DNA of 45,912 nt from Candidatus Methanoxibalbensis ujae (GTDB taxonomy: Archaea; Halobacteriota; Syntropharchaeia; Alkanophagales; Methanospirareceae): NCBI GenBank assembly GCA_026134085.1, contig JAOQIN010000009.1:1-45912 (forward strand), written 5' to 3'. This document shows positions 25,650 to 35,463 of this stretch, in pieces (within the stretch, counting starts at the first letter, position 1; every line of letters starts with the position of its first letter). Below the pieces are notes generated by a model. It saw only the letters and a list, made by a program, of their open reading frames with translations, had not been told where the DNA came from and ran no database searches. The position numbers were made by a program, and so were the translations under genes.

Positions 25650-25942
25650 TGGCAGTAATAGTAGATAAGGGGAAGAGAGCGGTGGATTTAAAACATGCAC
25701 TAACACTGAGGATTGACGGAGACTATCTGATATGCGACTTAGGCGAGAGAGTGGAACTATTCGCTATACAAGAGGATACCGATGAGGCAAGCCTTATATT
25801 TTATCTCGCTCAGGTTAAGCACAGGGATATAGTGGTTCCATACGAGGAGCTGCTGAAAGACTGCCAGCGGAGAGAGGACAAAGTAAAGCAGTTGGAAGAG
25901 GAGGTTAAGAGGTTGCGCGAGGAACTAAAGCGATATAAATAA
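25646..25942 (+). CDS. Hypothetical protein with C-terminal coiled coil
   Basis: GTGA overlap with acrIII-1. Confidence 0.6.
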   Translation: MMAVIVDKGKRAVDLKHALTLRIDGDYLICDLGERVELFAIQEDTDEASLIFYLAQVKHRDIVVPYEELLKDCQRREDKVKQLEEEVKRLREELKRYK

Positions 25943-25995
25943 CTCTCTATTTTTCTTTCTATTTTTTCCTTTCTGCAAGAGAGGTGAGGGAGGTA

Positions 25996-26272
25996 ATGAA
26001 ACTCTTTATTGTTTTGTCAGGGTCGTCACTTGATAGAAAATTTCGGCATCAAGCTTTCTTTTCTGAGGGATTTAACGATTTTCAAGAGCGTTGATTCATT
26101 TGACACAGCAGCGTGGACCCATCAGGGAAACGGCAGGAGATATGCACGCAATCAGGAAGAATAGAGAAAGAACTATGAGCGATACATTGAGAAACTATCT
26201 GCTGTGATACATTCAAATTCTTCGCAGTTGGATTTTACGCTTTTTTCGCAGGCGCTCAGCGGCGGCGAATAA
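25996..26272 (+). pseudogene. Possible remnant of a TGT/DpdA-like gene
   Basis: RBS+ATG, frameshift, FGIKLSFLRDLTIFKSVDSFDTAAW, in-frame TAG at 26162. Confidence 0.35.
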
Positions 26273-26456
26273 ATAAAACTTCAGTCATGAGCTTCCCGTA
26301 TATTTTCGCTGTTTGACAGTGCTCGCAGAAATAACCCACCGCAACCCATTTTGTCTTGATCTTGTAGTTGTTCTCGTCAAACTCATGCTTCTCTGAAACC
26401 CGCACATACAGCGTTCTTGCAATCTTCCCACATACCTCACATCTCACACGTGGCAT
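26256..26456 (-). CDS. Zn-ribbon protein
   Basis: CEVC...WVAVGYFCEHC. Confidence 0.7.
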   Translation of the reverse strand: MPRVRCEVCGKIARTLYVRVSEKHEFDENNYKIKTKWVAVGYFCEHCQTAKIYGKLMTEVLFIRRR

Positions 26457-26488
26457 TGTAGCTCATAATAGTTATTGTATATATATAA

Positions 26489-27457
26489 CTATCTCTCCGC
26501 CCCGAAACCCCCCAATGTTTTTTGTAAAATCCTTCTCCCTCTGTTTGTTAAAGAACGCCCTTTTGTAGTAATTTTCAGAAACCCTTTCTCAAGTAAGATA
26601 GGTTCTATATCTTTTGTTACTGTATTTTCACTAAGATTCAACATACTACTTAATGCTTTAAGAGAGAGTGTGCCGTATTTATATAACTTTTTCATGTATG
26701 ATATATGTATATCATCAAGTCCCTGGGCATATTGGAATGTTTTAAGGGCGTTTACTACAATATCATAACTAAGTTTTTCTGCGTCTTGAGTTATTGCATA
26801 ATCGCATGCGAATTTAAGCAGAGAGATGGCGTCGCGAGGATTTTGAGCATGATAAGCTATAAGTTCAAGTGCTGCATCATCGTATTCATTTTTAAATTTA
26901 TCCATAATTTTTTTCAACAGCATAGTTATCTCATGTTTTGAGTAATCTTGCAAATAAATTCGTAAAAATCTGCTTCTGAATGAGTTTAGAAGGCGGTGGG
27001 GGTCGGTAGTTGCGGCGACTAATGAGAAAGGAGGAATTTCCACAACAATTTCTTTCATCTTATTATTTTTACGAATCAGTGTTGCAAATGTGAAATCTTG
27101 AAGAACAGAATTAAGCAGAGACTGTAATGCAGGTTTTAGCTCATGTATTTCATCTATGAATACTATATTATACTCTCTTATTGAGAATATTATGCGCAAC
27201 AGTTTTTCTTTTGAGAGGTCTGCGGCGTTGAATGGACCGCGCAGCTCTGTATTCAGATAAGAAGCGATACATCTTGCGATTGTTGTTTTACCTGTTCCTC
27301 GTGCGCCCAGTAACAAGATATGGGGGGGATTTGTGCCAGTCCGCGCAGCAGCACTAAGTGTTGTTAAAATTTTCTTTTTAATTACCTCTTGTCCGACCAC
27401 ATCATCAAAGGAAGATGGTTGCCAATCTGTTATACGATACATATTTTTATTTAGCAC
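26489..27457 (-). CDS. ruvB: RuvB-like AAA+ ATPase
   Basis: P.SFDDVVGQE, HILLLGARGTGKTT, FIDEIH, IPPFSLVAATT, RSRF, C-terminal wHTH DIEPILL..GFL..T.KGR. Confidence 0.85.
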   Translation of the reverse strand: MLNKNMYRITDWQPSSFDDVVGQEVIKKKILTTLSAAARTGTNPPHILLLGARGTGKTTIARCIASYLNTELRGPFNAADLSKEKLLRIIFSIREYNIVFIDEIHELKPALQSLLNSVLQDFTFATLIRKNNKMKEIVVEIPPFSLVAATTDPHRLLNSFRSRFLRIYLQDYSKHEITMLLKKIMDKFKNEYDDAALELIAYHAQNPRDAISLLKFACDYAITQDAEKLSYDIVVNALKTFQYAQGLDDIHISYMKKLYKYGTLSLKALSSMLNLSENTVTKDIEPILLEKGFLKITTKGRSLTNRGRRILQKTLGGFGAER

Positions 27458-27473
27458 ACTTATGATATATTAA

Positions 27474-28181
27474 ATGAGACGAGAAGAAATTGAGCGACTG
27501 ATAGAACTTGATGATGAGGCATTAGAGAACGAATTTAGAGAAAATTCTGAGTTGCGTAATATTATAGAGGAGATAGCGCACACAAACTTTTACGGAGAAA
27601 CTCCGAGCGCAGCGGTAATCAGGAGTGCGTTGAGGAGATTTTTAGATTTAGATGACGATGTTAGAGAGTCTATTTCAGAAAATGAAAATACAGAGCATGA
27701 AACTGAGAGTGGAAGTAATTATGATTATGGGGATTGTGATGATGATTTTGACTATAATCCTATCAACATTAACAATCATAACGGTTTATATTTGTTAGGA
27801 TTTCCCGCTGATGAGCGCAAGCTTCAAGCATTAGATGAGCAGTTACAGTTGCTTAACCTCAGAGACCTGACGAGGGAGGCAATCATTACACATTTGATGA
27901 TAGAATCTTTGGGGTGGACTATTTACAAACGATACATTTCTCTCGCTCTTGAGCGGCGAATTCCGCTCGGGCGCTTCATAGACGATGCGGTGAAATGGTA
28001 TTTAACCAACGAAGATGTTGCTGAAAAAATGTCAAGAATGAGGATTATGTTACAGATACTTGTTGAATGTTTACGTAATGTCAGAAAAGTTTGTGATTCA
28101 TTCGTTGAAGATTATATTAAACTTGCTGCGATAAAGATATTAATAACAGATACTGAAGAGAAATTGAGGGAGGTGATATAA
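27474..28181 (+). CDS. Acidic helical hypothetical protein
   Basis: 235-aa ORF, first of operon. Confidence 0.65.
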   Translation: MRREEIERLIELDDEALENEFRENSELRNIIEEIAHTNFYGETPSAAVIRSALRRFLDLDDDVRESISENENTEHETESGSNYDYGDCDDDFDYNPININNHNGLYLLGFPADERKLQALDEQLQLLNLRDLTREAIITHLMIESLGWTIYKRYISLALERRIPLGRFIDDAVKWYLTNEDVAEKMSRMRIMLQILVECLRNVRKVCDSFVEDYIKLAAIKILITDTEEKLREVI

Positions 28182-29467
28182 TGCAAGAGCTAAAACAGAA
28201 GAAATATCGTGGATCAATCAAAGGCACATCCATTCCCGTATCTGCGCCTGGGGTCGATCTCAACAAGGTGGAGGACCTCTGGAAAGAGACGGTAAGGAAA
28301 ACTGCCGAGTTGCTTGGAGTTTCTGAGGAAGAAGCGGCTGAGATTTTATCACAGACTCATGTAAGGCAACAACATCAAGATGTGATGGAAGAAGACTCTG
28401 TTGATAGCATACTTAACGAATTGAGGGCATTTTCGAGAAGCAGCATTGATCACTCATTAAGTGAGATGAGTGCATGGATTGGTCGTGCATATTTTTTGAA
28501 AGTTATGCACAAGCTTATGCATGAAGATGGAGGAGGAGATGGCAATCTGATGAACATGTTTAAAATGTTCATGGATCATCAGCAACAATTAGAAACAGTT
28601 AAGAGTCAGCATCAAATCAAATTAGAAGAGTTGAAGAAAGAACACGATATTGAGATTGAAGCGCTGAAAAATGAGTTGATCAGATGGAGAGAAGAGCGCA
28701 CAAAGCAGGAAACGACAGAAGCGCTTGAAAAGCTAACTGATGTTTTAGATGAGTTAAAAGATGCAGCATCAAAAAAATCATTTAAGGATATAGAAGAACT
28801 TGCATCTTATGTTGATAGGGCATACGAACTCGCTTCAAAACTGACAGGTATCGAGAAGGATAAATTGCTTGAACTTTCAGGCAAAGGTCCTTCTGCGATT
28901 GACAAGATCAAGGGGGTTATTGATGCGGTTGTGACTGGCTTGTTCGGAGAGGAGAGAGCAGCAGCGCTTGTCTCGTATCTGAAAGAGCGTGAAAAGACAG
29001 CTCAGCAGCATGCGACAATGAAAGGAGAGATTGAGCGACGCATTGAAGCACAGCGGCGCATTTTGGAGCAGACATATGAGCAGCGCATAAAAGAACTTGA
29101 GCAGAAATTACATGAACGAGATGAACTTGTCAAAAAGCTATCTGAAGAGTTAAAGCGAGGTGTAAAAACAAGAACTGAAAATAATGAGGGAAGTGTCGTG
29201 ACTGAAGAGAATAAAGAGGAGAAAACAGATACTGAAGATAAGAAAGCAGATACTAAGACGGAGAAGGCAGAGACTGAAACTGAAAATACAGAGGGTAAAA
29301 CTGAAGATATAGAGAGTATTTTGAGTGGTAAGAAGTATATATACGACTTCAGTGCTGATGAGTTAAACACACTAATACGTGCTGCTGGTTCAAAGACAAA
29401 GGCATTTCATCTCTTGAGGGAGCGTGGGATAAAGGGGATCTCCCGTCTTTTTGATGTAGCAGGGTGA
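28181..29467 (+). CDS. Long coiled-coil protein
   Basis: E/K-rich heptads, low-complexity linker. Confidence 0.7.
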   Translation: MQELKQKKYRGSIKGTSIPVSAPGVDLNKVEDLWKETVRKTAELLGVSEEEAAEILSQTHVRQQHQDVMEEDSVDSILNELRAFSRSSIDHSLSEMSAWIGRAYFLKVMHKLMHEDGGGDGNLMNMFKMFMDHQQQLETVKSQHQIKLEELKKEHDIEIEALKNELIRWREERTKQETTEALEKLTDVLDELKDAASKKSFKDIEELASYVDRAYELASKLTGIEKDKLLELSGKGPSAIDKIKGVIDAVVTGLFGEERAAALVSYLKEREKTAQQHATMKGEIERRIEAQRRILEQTYEQRIKELEQKLHERDELVKKLSEELKRGVKTRTENNEGSVVTEENKEEKTDTEDKKADTKTEKAETETENTEGKTEDIESILSGKKYIYDFSADELNTLIRAAGSKTKAFHLLRERGIKGISRLFDVAG

Positions 29468-29474
29468 TGGCGAG

Positions 29475-29909
29475 ATGAGTCTGCTCATTACGATCATACG
29501 GATGGTAGGCTGGAAGCGTGTGGATTCATTTTTAAGTGTCTTTTCATCAATATTAAGAAAAAAGGAACAAGAATTTTTAGAGAAGCTTGCGAATGCAATA
29601 AATAGGCATGAATCAGCGATTCCTTTACTTGTTGAAACCTTTGCTGAGCACAAAGAAGAAGCAGATAAAATTTTAGAAATATTATCTCCATTACTTGATT
29701 CGCTAACATCTGAGAGTAATCGCCAATTTCTATTTGGTAAGATAAATGTGAAAGCGGATGATGATGCAACTGTCATATCTACACAGGGTAAAACAATGAT
29801 TTTCAACAGCTCTCAAGTAGAAATAGAGCACGAGAAGGGGGAGATAGAGAAGATCATTGAGTTTCTAAAAAATTACGGAAATTATAGAACTTCTAAGAAA
29901 TTGAAATGA
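29475..29909 (+). CDS. Hypothetical protein
   Basis: GGTGA RBS. Confidence 0.6.
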   Translation: MSLLITIIRMVGWKRVDSFLSVFSSILRKKEQEFLEKLANAINRHESAIPLLVETFAEHKEEADKILEILSPLLDSLTSESNRQFLFGKINVKADDDATVISTQGKTMIFNSSQVEIEHEKGEIEKIIEFLKNYGNYRTSKKLK

Positions 29910-30112
29910 GCGGGAGTGAGCTGACGACAGAGGATATTGTAGCAATCGCGCTGACAGGTGCTTTACTATCATTCGGAGGTAGTTTACTGATCTGGTCTTT
30001 ACGTAATAAATATGGGCCAGACCCTCTGCTGTTAGGGGGGGTTGGAGCGATATATAGTGGATTTTCAACAGCAGTTGTGTGGAGTGTTCGCAATCTTGTT
30101 GTAAAGAGGTGA
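29906..30112 (+). CDS. Small two-TM membrane protein
   Basis: Two Gly-rich hydrophobic helices. Confidence 0.65.
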   Translation: MSGSELTTEDIVAIALTGALLSFGGSLLIWSLRNKYGPDPLLLGGVGAIYSGFSTAVVWSVRNLVVKR

Positions 30113-30116
30113 TATA

Positions 30117-30308
30117 ATGAGGATAAGTGCAATTTTAGGATTGTGTGCTGCGGGAGCGGCTGCGACATCGGTATTACTAAATGAATCTGCACTGCTTAAA
30201 GAAGACGCATTTGCTGCGATGAATCAAGTGCATCTCGCAGAGGGTGTTGGGGTAATGGCATTAATCATGGGGGGTGCTGCAATAGTAACATATGCGCTTG
30301 GAAAATGA
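30117..30308 (+). CDS. Small two-TM membrane protein
   Basis: GAGGTGA RBS; hydrophobic. Confidence 0.65.
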   Translation: MRISAILGLCAAGAAATSVLLNESALLKEDAFAAMNQVHLAEGVGVMALIMGGAAIVTYALGK

Positions 30309-31045
30309 TTTCTCAGACTGGAGGTTTCAGTCTATCCGTTCTGGCAGGAGTTCCAGCAGTTATCACCACATTGAGCAGGATTAATCCTCAGGCACGGGTA
30401 GATGCAACAATCGCTGTGATAGCATATAATGAGGAAGGATTTATTGAGAGAATGCTTGCAACGTTAATAACTCAAGATTATTTTGAATATGCCGACAACT
30501 ATGAAATTATACTTGTAGATAGTGGTTCAACAGATAAAACAGTTGAAATTGCATCTAAATATGTTGATAGGGTTATTCAAGCAAAGAAAGGTAAATTATC
30601 TGCAAGAAATCAAAGTGTAAAGGAAGCGAAATATGATATTGTGGTTAATTTAGATGCAGATATATTCTTATTTAGAAACACTTTATCGCATCTTCTGAAA
30701 CCTTTTGAAGATGACAATGTTGTTGCCACAACAGGAATACTGTTTGAAGGTGTGAGAACATGGGCATGGATAATCACAAGACTGTTCGCGCCTCGCATAA
30801 TAGGCACGATTTCGGCGGTAAGGAAGGAAGCGTTCGTAGGTTTTGACGAGAGTATAGATCAACTCAACAGAGAACTCATGATCATGGAGGAGGAGATACG
30901 ATTTATGAGGAGAATGAAGGCGCGTGGGAATGTCGTGCAGACGTTAGCTTGTGTCTTGCACCCTCCACGCAGAGCTATGTGCGTAATAGGAAGTGACACG
31001 TTCAAAAAGTATTGTGAAATGATTTATCACTCTGAGAGATTTTAA
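30305..31045 (+). CDS. Glycosyltransferase family 2
   Basis: IAYNEE, EIILVDSGSTDKT, ARN, NLDAD. Confidence 0.9.
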   Translation: MISQTGGFSLSVLAGVPAVITTLSRINPQARVDATIAVIAYNEEGFIERMLATLITQDYFEYADNYEIILVDSGSTDKTVEIASKYVDRVIQAKKGKLSARNQSVKEAKYDIVVNLDADIFLFRNTLSHLLKPFEDDNVVATTGILFEGVRTWAWIITRLFAPRIIGTISAVRKEAFVGFDESIDQLNRELMIMEEEIRFMRRMKARGNVVQTLACVLHPPRRAMCVIGSDTFKKYCEMIYHSERF

Positions 31046-31097
31046 AATTTTTTAAACAAGAGTAAAGCTTTTAAATTGATAGAGTTAATTTAGGAAT

Positions 31098-31550
31098 ATG
31101 GAAGTCGCTGAAGAGGTTAAGAGGGTTGGAGAGCGTGAAGAACAGAGTGTTGAAGAGAAAGTGGTAAAAGAGAATGAGGCAAAGGTGGCAGAGGAGAAAA
31201 TAGGAAAAGAAGAGGTAGGGGAGGGGGAAGAAGAGAGGAAGACAAGGAGGAGGAGAAAGAAGAAGAAGAATTGGCTAACTGTGAAGGAATATCTAAGAAC
31301 GGTCTGCGAATCATTACTTGTATGTTCCAGGGAGAAGGAGGTTTTAGGGATAAAAGATGTAGCAGAATATGCGGAGATAAGTCATCCCACTGCCATGAAG
31401 TATATTACGATACTGTGGCGGTGCGGAATCGTTGAAGTTAAAGTCATGGGTCGTGTTTATGTGCTGAGAGTTGATGAAGAGAGACTTCTTAAATTCATGA
31501 GCGAGTTACAAGAGATGAAACCGAGCGATGTTGCAAAGGTTTTTTATTGA
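31098..31550 (+). CDS. Winged-helix DNA-binding protein
   Basis: GIKDVAEYAEISHPTAMKYITILWRCGIVEV..GR. Confidence 0.8.
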   Translation: MEVAEEVKRVGEREEQSVEEKVVKENEAKVAEEKIGKEEVGEGEEERKTRRRRKKKKNWLTVKEYLRTVCESLLVCSREKEVLGIKDVAEYAEISHPTAMKYITILWRCGIVEVKVMGRVYVLRVDEERLLKFMSELQEMKPSDVAKVFY

Positions 31551-31571
31551 ATCATCTATCTAATATAAGAT

Positions 31572-31889
31572 ATGGCAGTTACCAGCGAGCCTCTAAAGAT
31601 GGTGGTGTGGCGCGGAGAAATTGCTAATGAGGAATTCAGTATAGTTGATGTGAGGTTTGATAGTTATGAGAACCCACAATTTCTTAGAATTGCTCTAAGA
31701 AATCCAGAAGGCAACGCCTATAATTATGAACTCCGCATATATGTTGATACTTATGATACTTCGGAGGATCCTGTTAGAATATTAGAGGGTTCTATAAACC
31801 CGTATGACGCAAAGTTTGAAGAAACTCCAGTTGATTTCTTAGAAAGAGGAGAACATTTTGTGTATGTAGAATTGGTGAAGGTCACATGA
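31572..31889 (+). CDS. Beta-rich hypothetical protein
   Basis: ORF after TATA-like region. Confidence 0.55.
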   Translation: MAVTSEPLKMVVWRGEIANEEFSIVDVRFDSYENPQFLRIALRNPEGNAYNYELRIYVDTYDTSEDPVRILEGSINPYDAKFEETPVDFLERGEHFVYVELVKVT

Positions 31890-32104
31890 GAATGGATTTC
31901 ATTGACATATATATACTGAATGGTATATGTTACTTCTCACTATTTCACATATTTAAACTCATATGTGATATAATGTATGCTGGTTTTTTTGCTGGGATGA
32001 TTTCTAATATTATAAGCACATCTCTTATCTTAATGAGCAATGAGAGAATGATAGACGAGAGGATGAGAAGAGAGGATGAAGGAGGTGTTTATAATGATGA
32101 TTGA
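31886..32104 (+). CDS. Small membrane protein
   Basis: Hydrophobic, ATGA overlap. Confidence 0.45.
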   Translation: MRMDFIDIYILNGICYFSLFHIFKLICDIMYAGFFAGMISNIISTSLILMSNERMIDERMRREDEGGVYNDD

Positions 32105-33275
32105 AAGGGCAAAGAGGGAGATTTTAGAGAGGATGAAATGGAGTAAGATGCCAGATGATGCAATCCTCGTGCACCACTCATACAATGAAGAGAGGCGTCG
32201 TTATGTGTTTGAGTGGAAGCGTAAGGACAGTGAGCATGAGCGTATTTTAATTTGGCTGTCTGATGATGGCAAACCTTTAAAAGTTATTGTGAATTGGAAG
32301 GATAAACCACTTACTGCTGCAAGGATCCCCTCAGATGTTGAGAGAAAAGCACGCGAGCTTGGAGGGGTTGCGAAGGTTCAGAGGCTTAACAAGCGTGTCT
32401 GGGGGGATGATGTTGAGGAAGAGGGTTATGTGATCATAACAGATAAAGCGAAACATCTTGTTGATGAGAAAGGGAAGGTGAAGAAGTCCTTGATCATCCC
32501 ATACACACCCTCACTTGGGATAAGTGGCAGGACGTGGGGTCCTGATTCATGGGAGCCAGGAGTGGATCCATGCCGATCGTGGACTCCGACCTTCAGTGAA
32601 GGGTTAAGTAATTTTCCCAAAATGACAGTATTTATCAATCGAGATGTTCCTGTTGAAGTTAAAAATATGGATACAAACGAAATTGTAACTTGTGATAATT
32701 CAATTACTTATGAAAAATTTGAAGAACTGTTAAAATACCCTAAAATACTTTTTTTAGTCGCGCATGGGGCGTGGGCAGATTTTCATTTTGTTCCATATAC
32801 CGCTGATTCACACTATACAGCAGAGGATATTCATACATTGATGAGTGATCGCTCAAAAATGAGATTGGCATTTATCTATCACTGTGGATGTTGTGAACAG
32901 TATGGTGAAGGCACATTTGAGTATGAATACAGAAAAGGCTCTGATACAAATTCAATTGTGATATGCACAAGATATACAACCCTCTACTCATGGATAGAGG
33001 TTATAAATTTCACAAATGATCTTATTGAAGATTTGACGAAGAGGCTTGACGATCCAATTTATGATGTTTACACAGACTGGTTAGATACATACCCCTTCCT
33101 GAAGGGGCCATCTGAGGACTGTGATAAATTTACATCAAAAGACTCGTGTGAGCAAGCAAGCTGTTATTGGTATTACTCATATTGCAGGGATATGGGGGCG
33201 CATATAGATTTCAGAGGGGATACATCTCTGACTATGAGGCAAATTATAAATAGTGACATCGCATATATCAAGTAA
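32076..33275 (+). CDS. Putative clan CD (gingipain/C25-like) cysteine protease
   Basis: ILFLVAHG, LAFIYHCGC and C-terminal FRGDTSL (cf. GDPSL). Confidence 0.5.
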   Translation: MKEVFIMMIERAKREILERMKWSKMPDDAILVHHSYNEERRRYVFEWKRKDSEHERILIWLSDDGKPLKVIVNWKDKPLTAARIPSDVERKARELGGVAKVQRLNKRVWGDDVEEEGYVIITDKAKHLVDEKGKVKKSLIIPYTPSLGISGRTWGPDSWEPGVDPCRSWTPTFSEGLSNFPKMTVFINRDVPVEVKNMDTNEIVTCDNSITYEKFEELLKYPKILFLVAHGAWADFHFVPYTADSHYTAEDIHTLMSDRSKMRLAFIYHCGCCEQYGEGTFEYEYRKGSDTNSIVICTRYTTLYSWIEVINFTNDLIEDLTKRLDDPIYDVYTDWLDTYPFLKGPSEDCDKFTSKDSCEQASCYWYYSYCRDMGAHIDFRGDTSLTMRQIINSDIAYIK

Positions 33276-33277
33276 AA

Positions 33278-33688
33278 ATGGTAGAGTCAAAGTATGTGTT
33301 ACTGGGGCTTGGTGTTGCAGCGGCGGGCGCAGCTGCGATGTATTTGACAATAGAGTATGCGAAAGCACAACAAGCAGTGCCTCCTCCATCTGTTCTGACG
33401 ATAAGTGCTGTGTGCGCGGACACGCCATGCATTGAAGGATCTTCAAAGATAACTGTGAGTGGAACTTTCTACAAGGAAGGAGTGCCTCAGCAGGGTGCTA
33501 CTGTCAGTGTTTACTACAAAGTTATAAGAACTGATGAGGGTTGTCCTGTGGAGGTCACGGAACACATAGCAGGTAGTGCGGTGACTGATGCAAATGGCAA
33601 TTACTCAGTGACATTCACTGCGCCATCCATACCTGCTGGCTATGGCAATGAGGCGATAGTATGTCTCCAAAGTAAGGTATTTATGTAA
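33278..33688 (+). CDS. Membrane-anchored Ig-like protein
   Basis: Paralogue of 8079-8441 (TDANGNY). Confidence 0.7.
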   Translation: MVESKYVLLGLGVAAAGAAAMYLTIEYAKAQQAVPPPSVLTISAVCADTPCIEGSSKITVSGTFYKEGVPQQGATVSVYYKVIRTDEGCPVEVTEHIAGSAVTDANGNYSVTFTAPSIPAGYGNEAIVCLQSKVFM

Positions 33689-33721
33689 ATGGGTGTAAGA
33701 AGGAGAAAGGAGGTGGTGTAA

Positions 33722-34063
33722 ATGGCAGATACTGCGTCTCCTGTAATATCCATCACCATAAAGGCGGCAGTTCCAGCGCGCACATTTACAAATATGCATT
33801 TTGAAGATTCTGCGGGCACCACTGTGACAGAAGTGATGTCTGGAGAGGATTTCTACGTGTGCGGCAAACTCGTTGAAGATACAACAGGGGTATCAGGTGC
33901 TATAATATACACATATGTGACAGACAGTGCTGGAAGTGTTGTAGGTGATGAGAAAACCTGTATAACGGATGCAAATGGTAATTTTAAGTGTGGACCTTAC
34001 TCTTACAGTGTTACAGCTGACACAGTAATGTATTTCAGAGCGTTTGATGAAAAGCAGACATAA
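33722..34063 (+). CDS. Ig-like virion accessory protein
   Basis: Paralogue of 8448-8783 (HFED.AG...MYFRAF). Confidence 0.7.
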   Translation: MADTASPVISITIKAAVPARTFTNMHFEDSAGTTVTEVMSGEDFYVCGKLVEDTTGVSGAIIYTYVTDSAGSVVGDEKTCITDANGNFKCGPYSYSVTADTVMYFRAFDEKQT

Positions 34064-34066
34064 AAT

Positions 34067-34990
34067 ATGCGGGAAATAGAGTGGTTAAGTAAGCATTATG
34101 ATTATCTTGACGAAGGCTTGAAGGCTGCTGCTGGAGCTGCATTAAAGAGGATAGATACGCAAGATGCCAAACAGTTACTACGCCGTATAATCTCTGACAT
34201 AGGGGAGCAGGAAATAGACAGGATACCAATACCTGTGGAAGAAAGAAAAAGAGCGGAGAGGGTAAGGAGAGTCAGTGCAGTAAGAGAAGTTAGAGCGGAG
34301 AGGGTAAGACTACCAGTTCCTGAGGTAGAGCTTTTAATAGATGAGAAAACAGGGCGTATGTTTTATGCGCCAAACTGGGAATCTCGCCGTGTGTTACATA
34401 CTGTGTTTGGAGTTCCTTTGGAATATATTGTAATGGACCCTATCCGCAGAATCAGGGAGGCAGGATACCCACCACAGCTTCACAAATATCTCAGTGCTTA
34501 CATTCTACATGCACCTCCCGCAATAAGAGAAAGATACACTCCTGAAGAGCTGGAATGGTTGGAGACTTTAAAGGATAAACTTGCAGCAGTTGAACTTGAG
34601 GAATATCCTGATGTGTATGAGGTTTTAAAGAAATTAGAAGATTATGTAAGAAACCTGATCAGAGAAAGGCTTGATGATATAATTGATAGAGGGATATTAG
34701 AGATAGCTGAGGAAGAGATAGACAAGATCAGAGAAGAAGTTGCGATATTTATCAGTCCAGCTGATGTTTTCAGCAAAGCAAAAGAGATAGTGCGCAGAGA
34801 GTTTAAAGTTAGAAATCCTCATCCTCCGAAGTGTGCCGCACAAACGATTCTTGAATCTTATACTGACAGCCTGCTGAAGTATGGAGTTGAAGAAGCTATG
34901 AGAGATGCCCAGTTTGCAATAGAATATAACTGCAAGGAAATACCGCCAGTTGAGGAGGTCAAAAAAGCTATAAAGGATTATCTGAAATAG
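34067..34990 (+). CDS. Helical hypothetical protein
   Basis: 307-aa ORF; internal RAERVR repeat. Confidence 0.65.
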   Translation: MREIEWLSKHYDYLDEGLKAAAGAALKRIDTQDAKQLLRRIISDIGEQEIDRIPIPVEERKRAERVRRVSAVREVRAERVRLPVPEVELLIDEKTGRMFYAPNWESRRVLHTVFGVPLEYIVMDPIRRIREAGYPPQLHKYLSAYILHAPPAIRERYTPEELEWLETLKDKLAAVELEEYPDVYEVLKKLEDYVRNLIRERLDDIIDRGILEIAEEEIDKIREEVAIFISPADVFSKAKEIVRREFKVRNPHPPKCAAQTILESYTDSLLKYGVEEAMRDAQFAIEYNCKEIPPVEEVKKAIKDYLK

Positions 34991-34996
34991 TTATAT

Positions 34997-35446
34997 ATGG
35001 AAGAGGCAGGTGAGGAGGAAGTAGTTGAAGTTGATGCAAAATATGTTGAAGAAATACGCTCATTACTTGAAGAGCTTGCGGAAAATAATATAGAGCTTGC
35101 GGACATACTGATAAGCAAGATCAACAAAGAAATGAGAGAAGCAGGCATTCAGTTTGTATTGCGCAGAAAACCCCGTCCCTCTGTTTTCATACGCAAAGTT
35201 CCTTATGTCTATGATAATCCAACGATGGGGATGATTGAACATCGCATAAGATTCGGTGAAATCTCAAAAAAAATGAGAGGGATGCCTCGTGAGAAAGGTA
35301 TTGAGTTGCGTGAATCATTACTCAGAGGTAAAACTTCTACATTGCGTAAAGTAAAGGAAAAGAAATGGGAAACTGTAATGAAACCCTTAATTGAATTACA
35401 GGTAAAAACTCAACCAAAAGCTATATATAAAGAGGGGGAGAAATAA
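34997..35446 (+). CDS. Basic protein, paralogue of 35464-35901
   Basis: RKVPYVYDNPTMGMIEHRIRFGEISKKMRG. Confidence 0.65.
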   Translation: MEEAGEEEVVEVDAKYVEEIRSLLEELAENNIELADILISKINKEMREAGIQFVLRRKPRPSVFIRKVPYVYDNPTMGMIEHRIRFGEISKKMRGMPREKGIELRESLLRGKTSTLRKVKEKKWETVMKPLIELQVKTQPKAIYKEGEK

Positions 35447-35463
35447 AAAAGGGAGGTGGTAGG

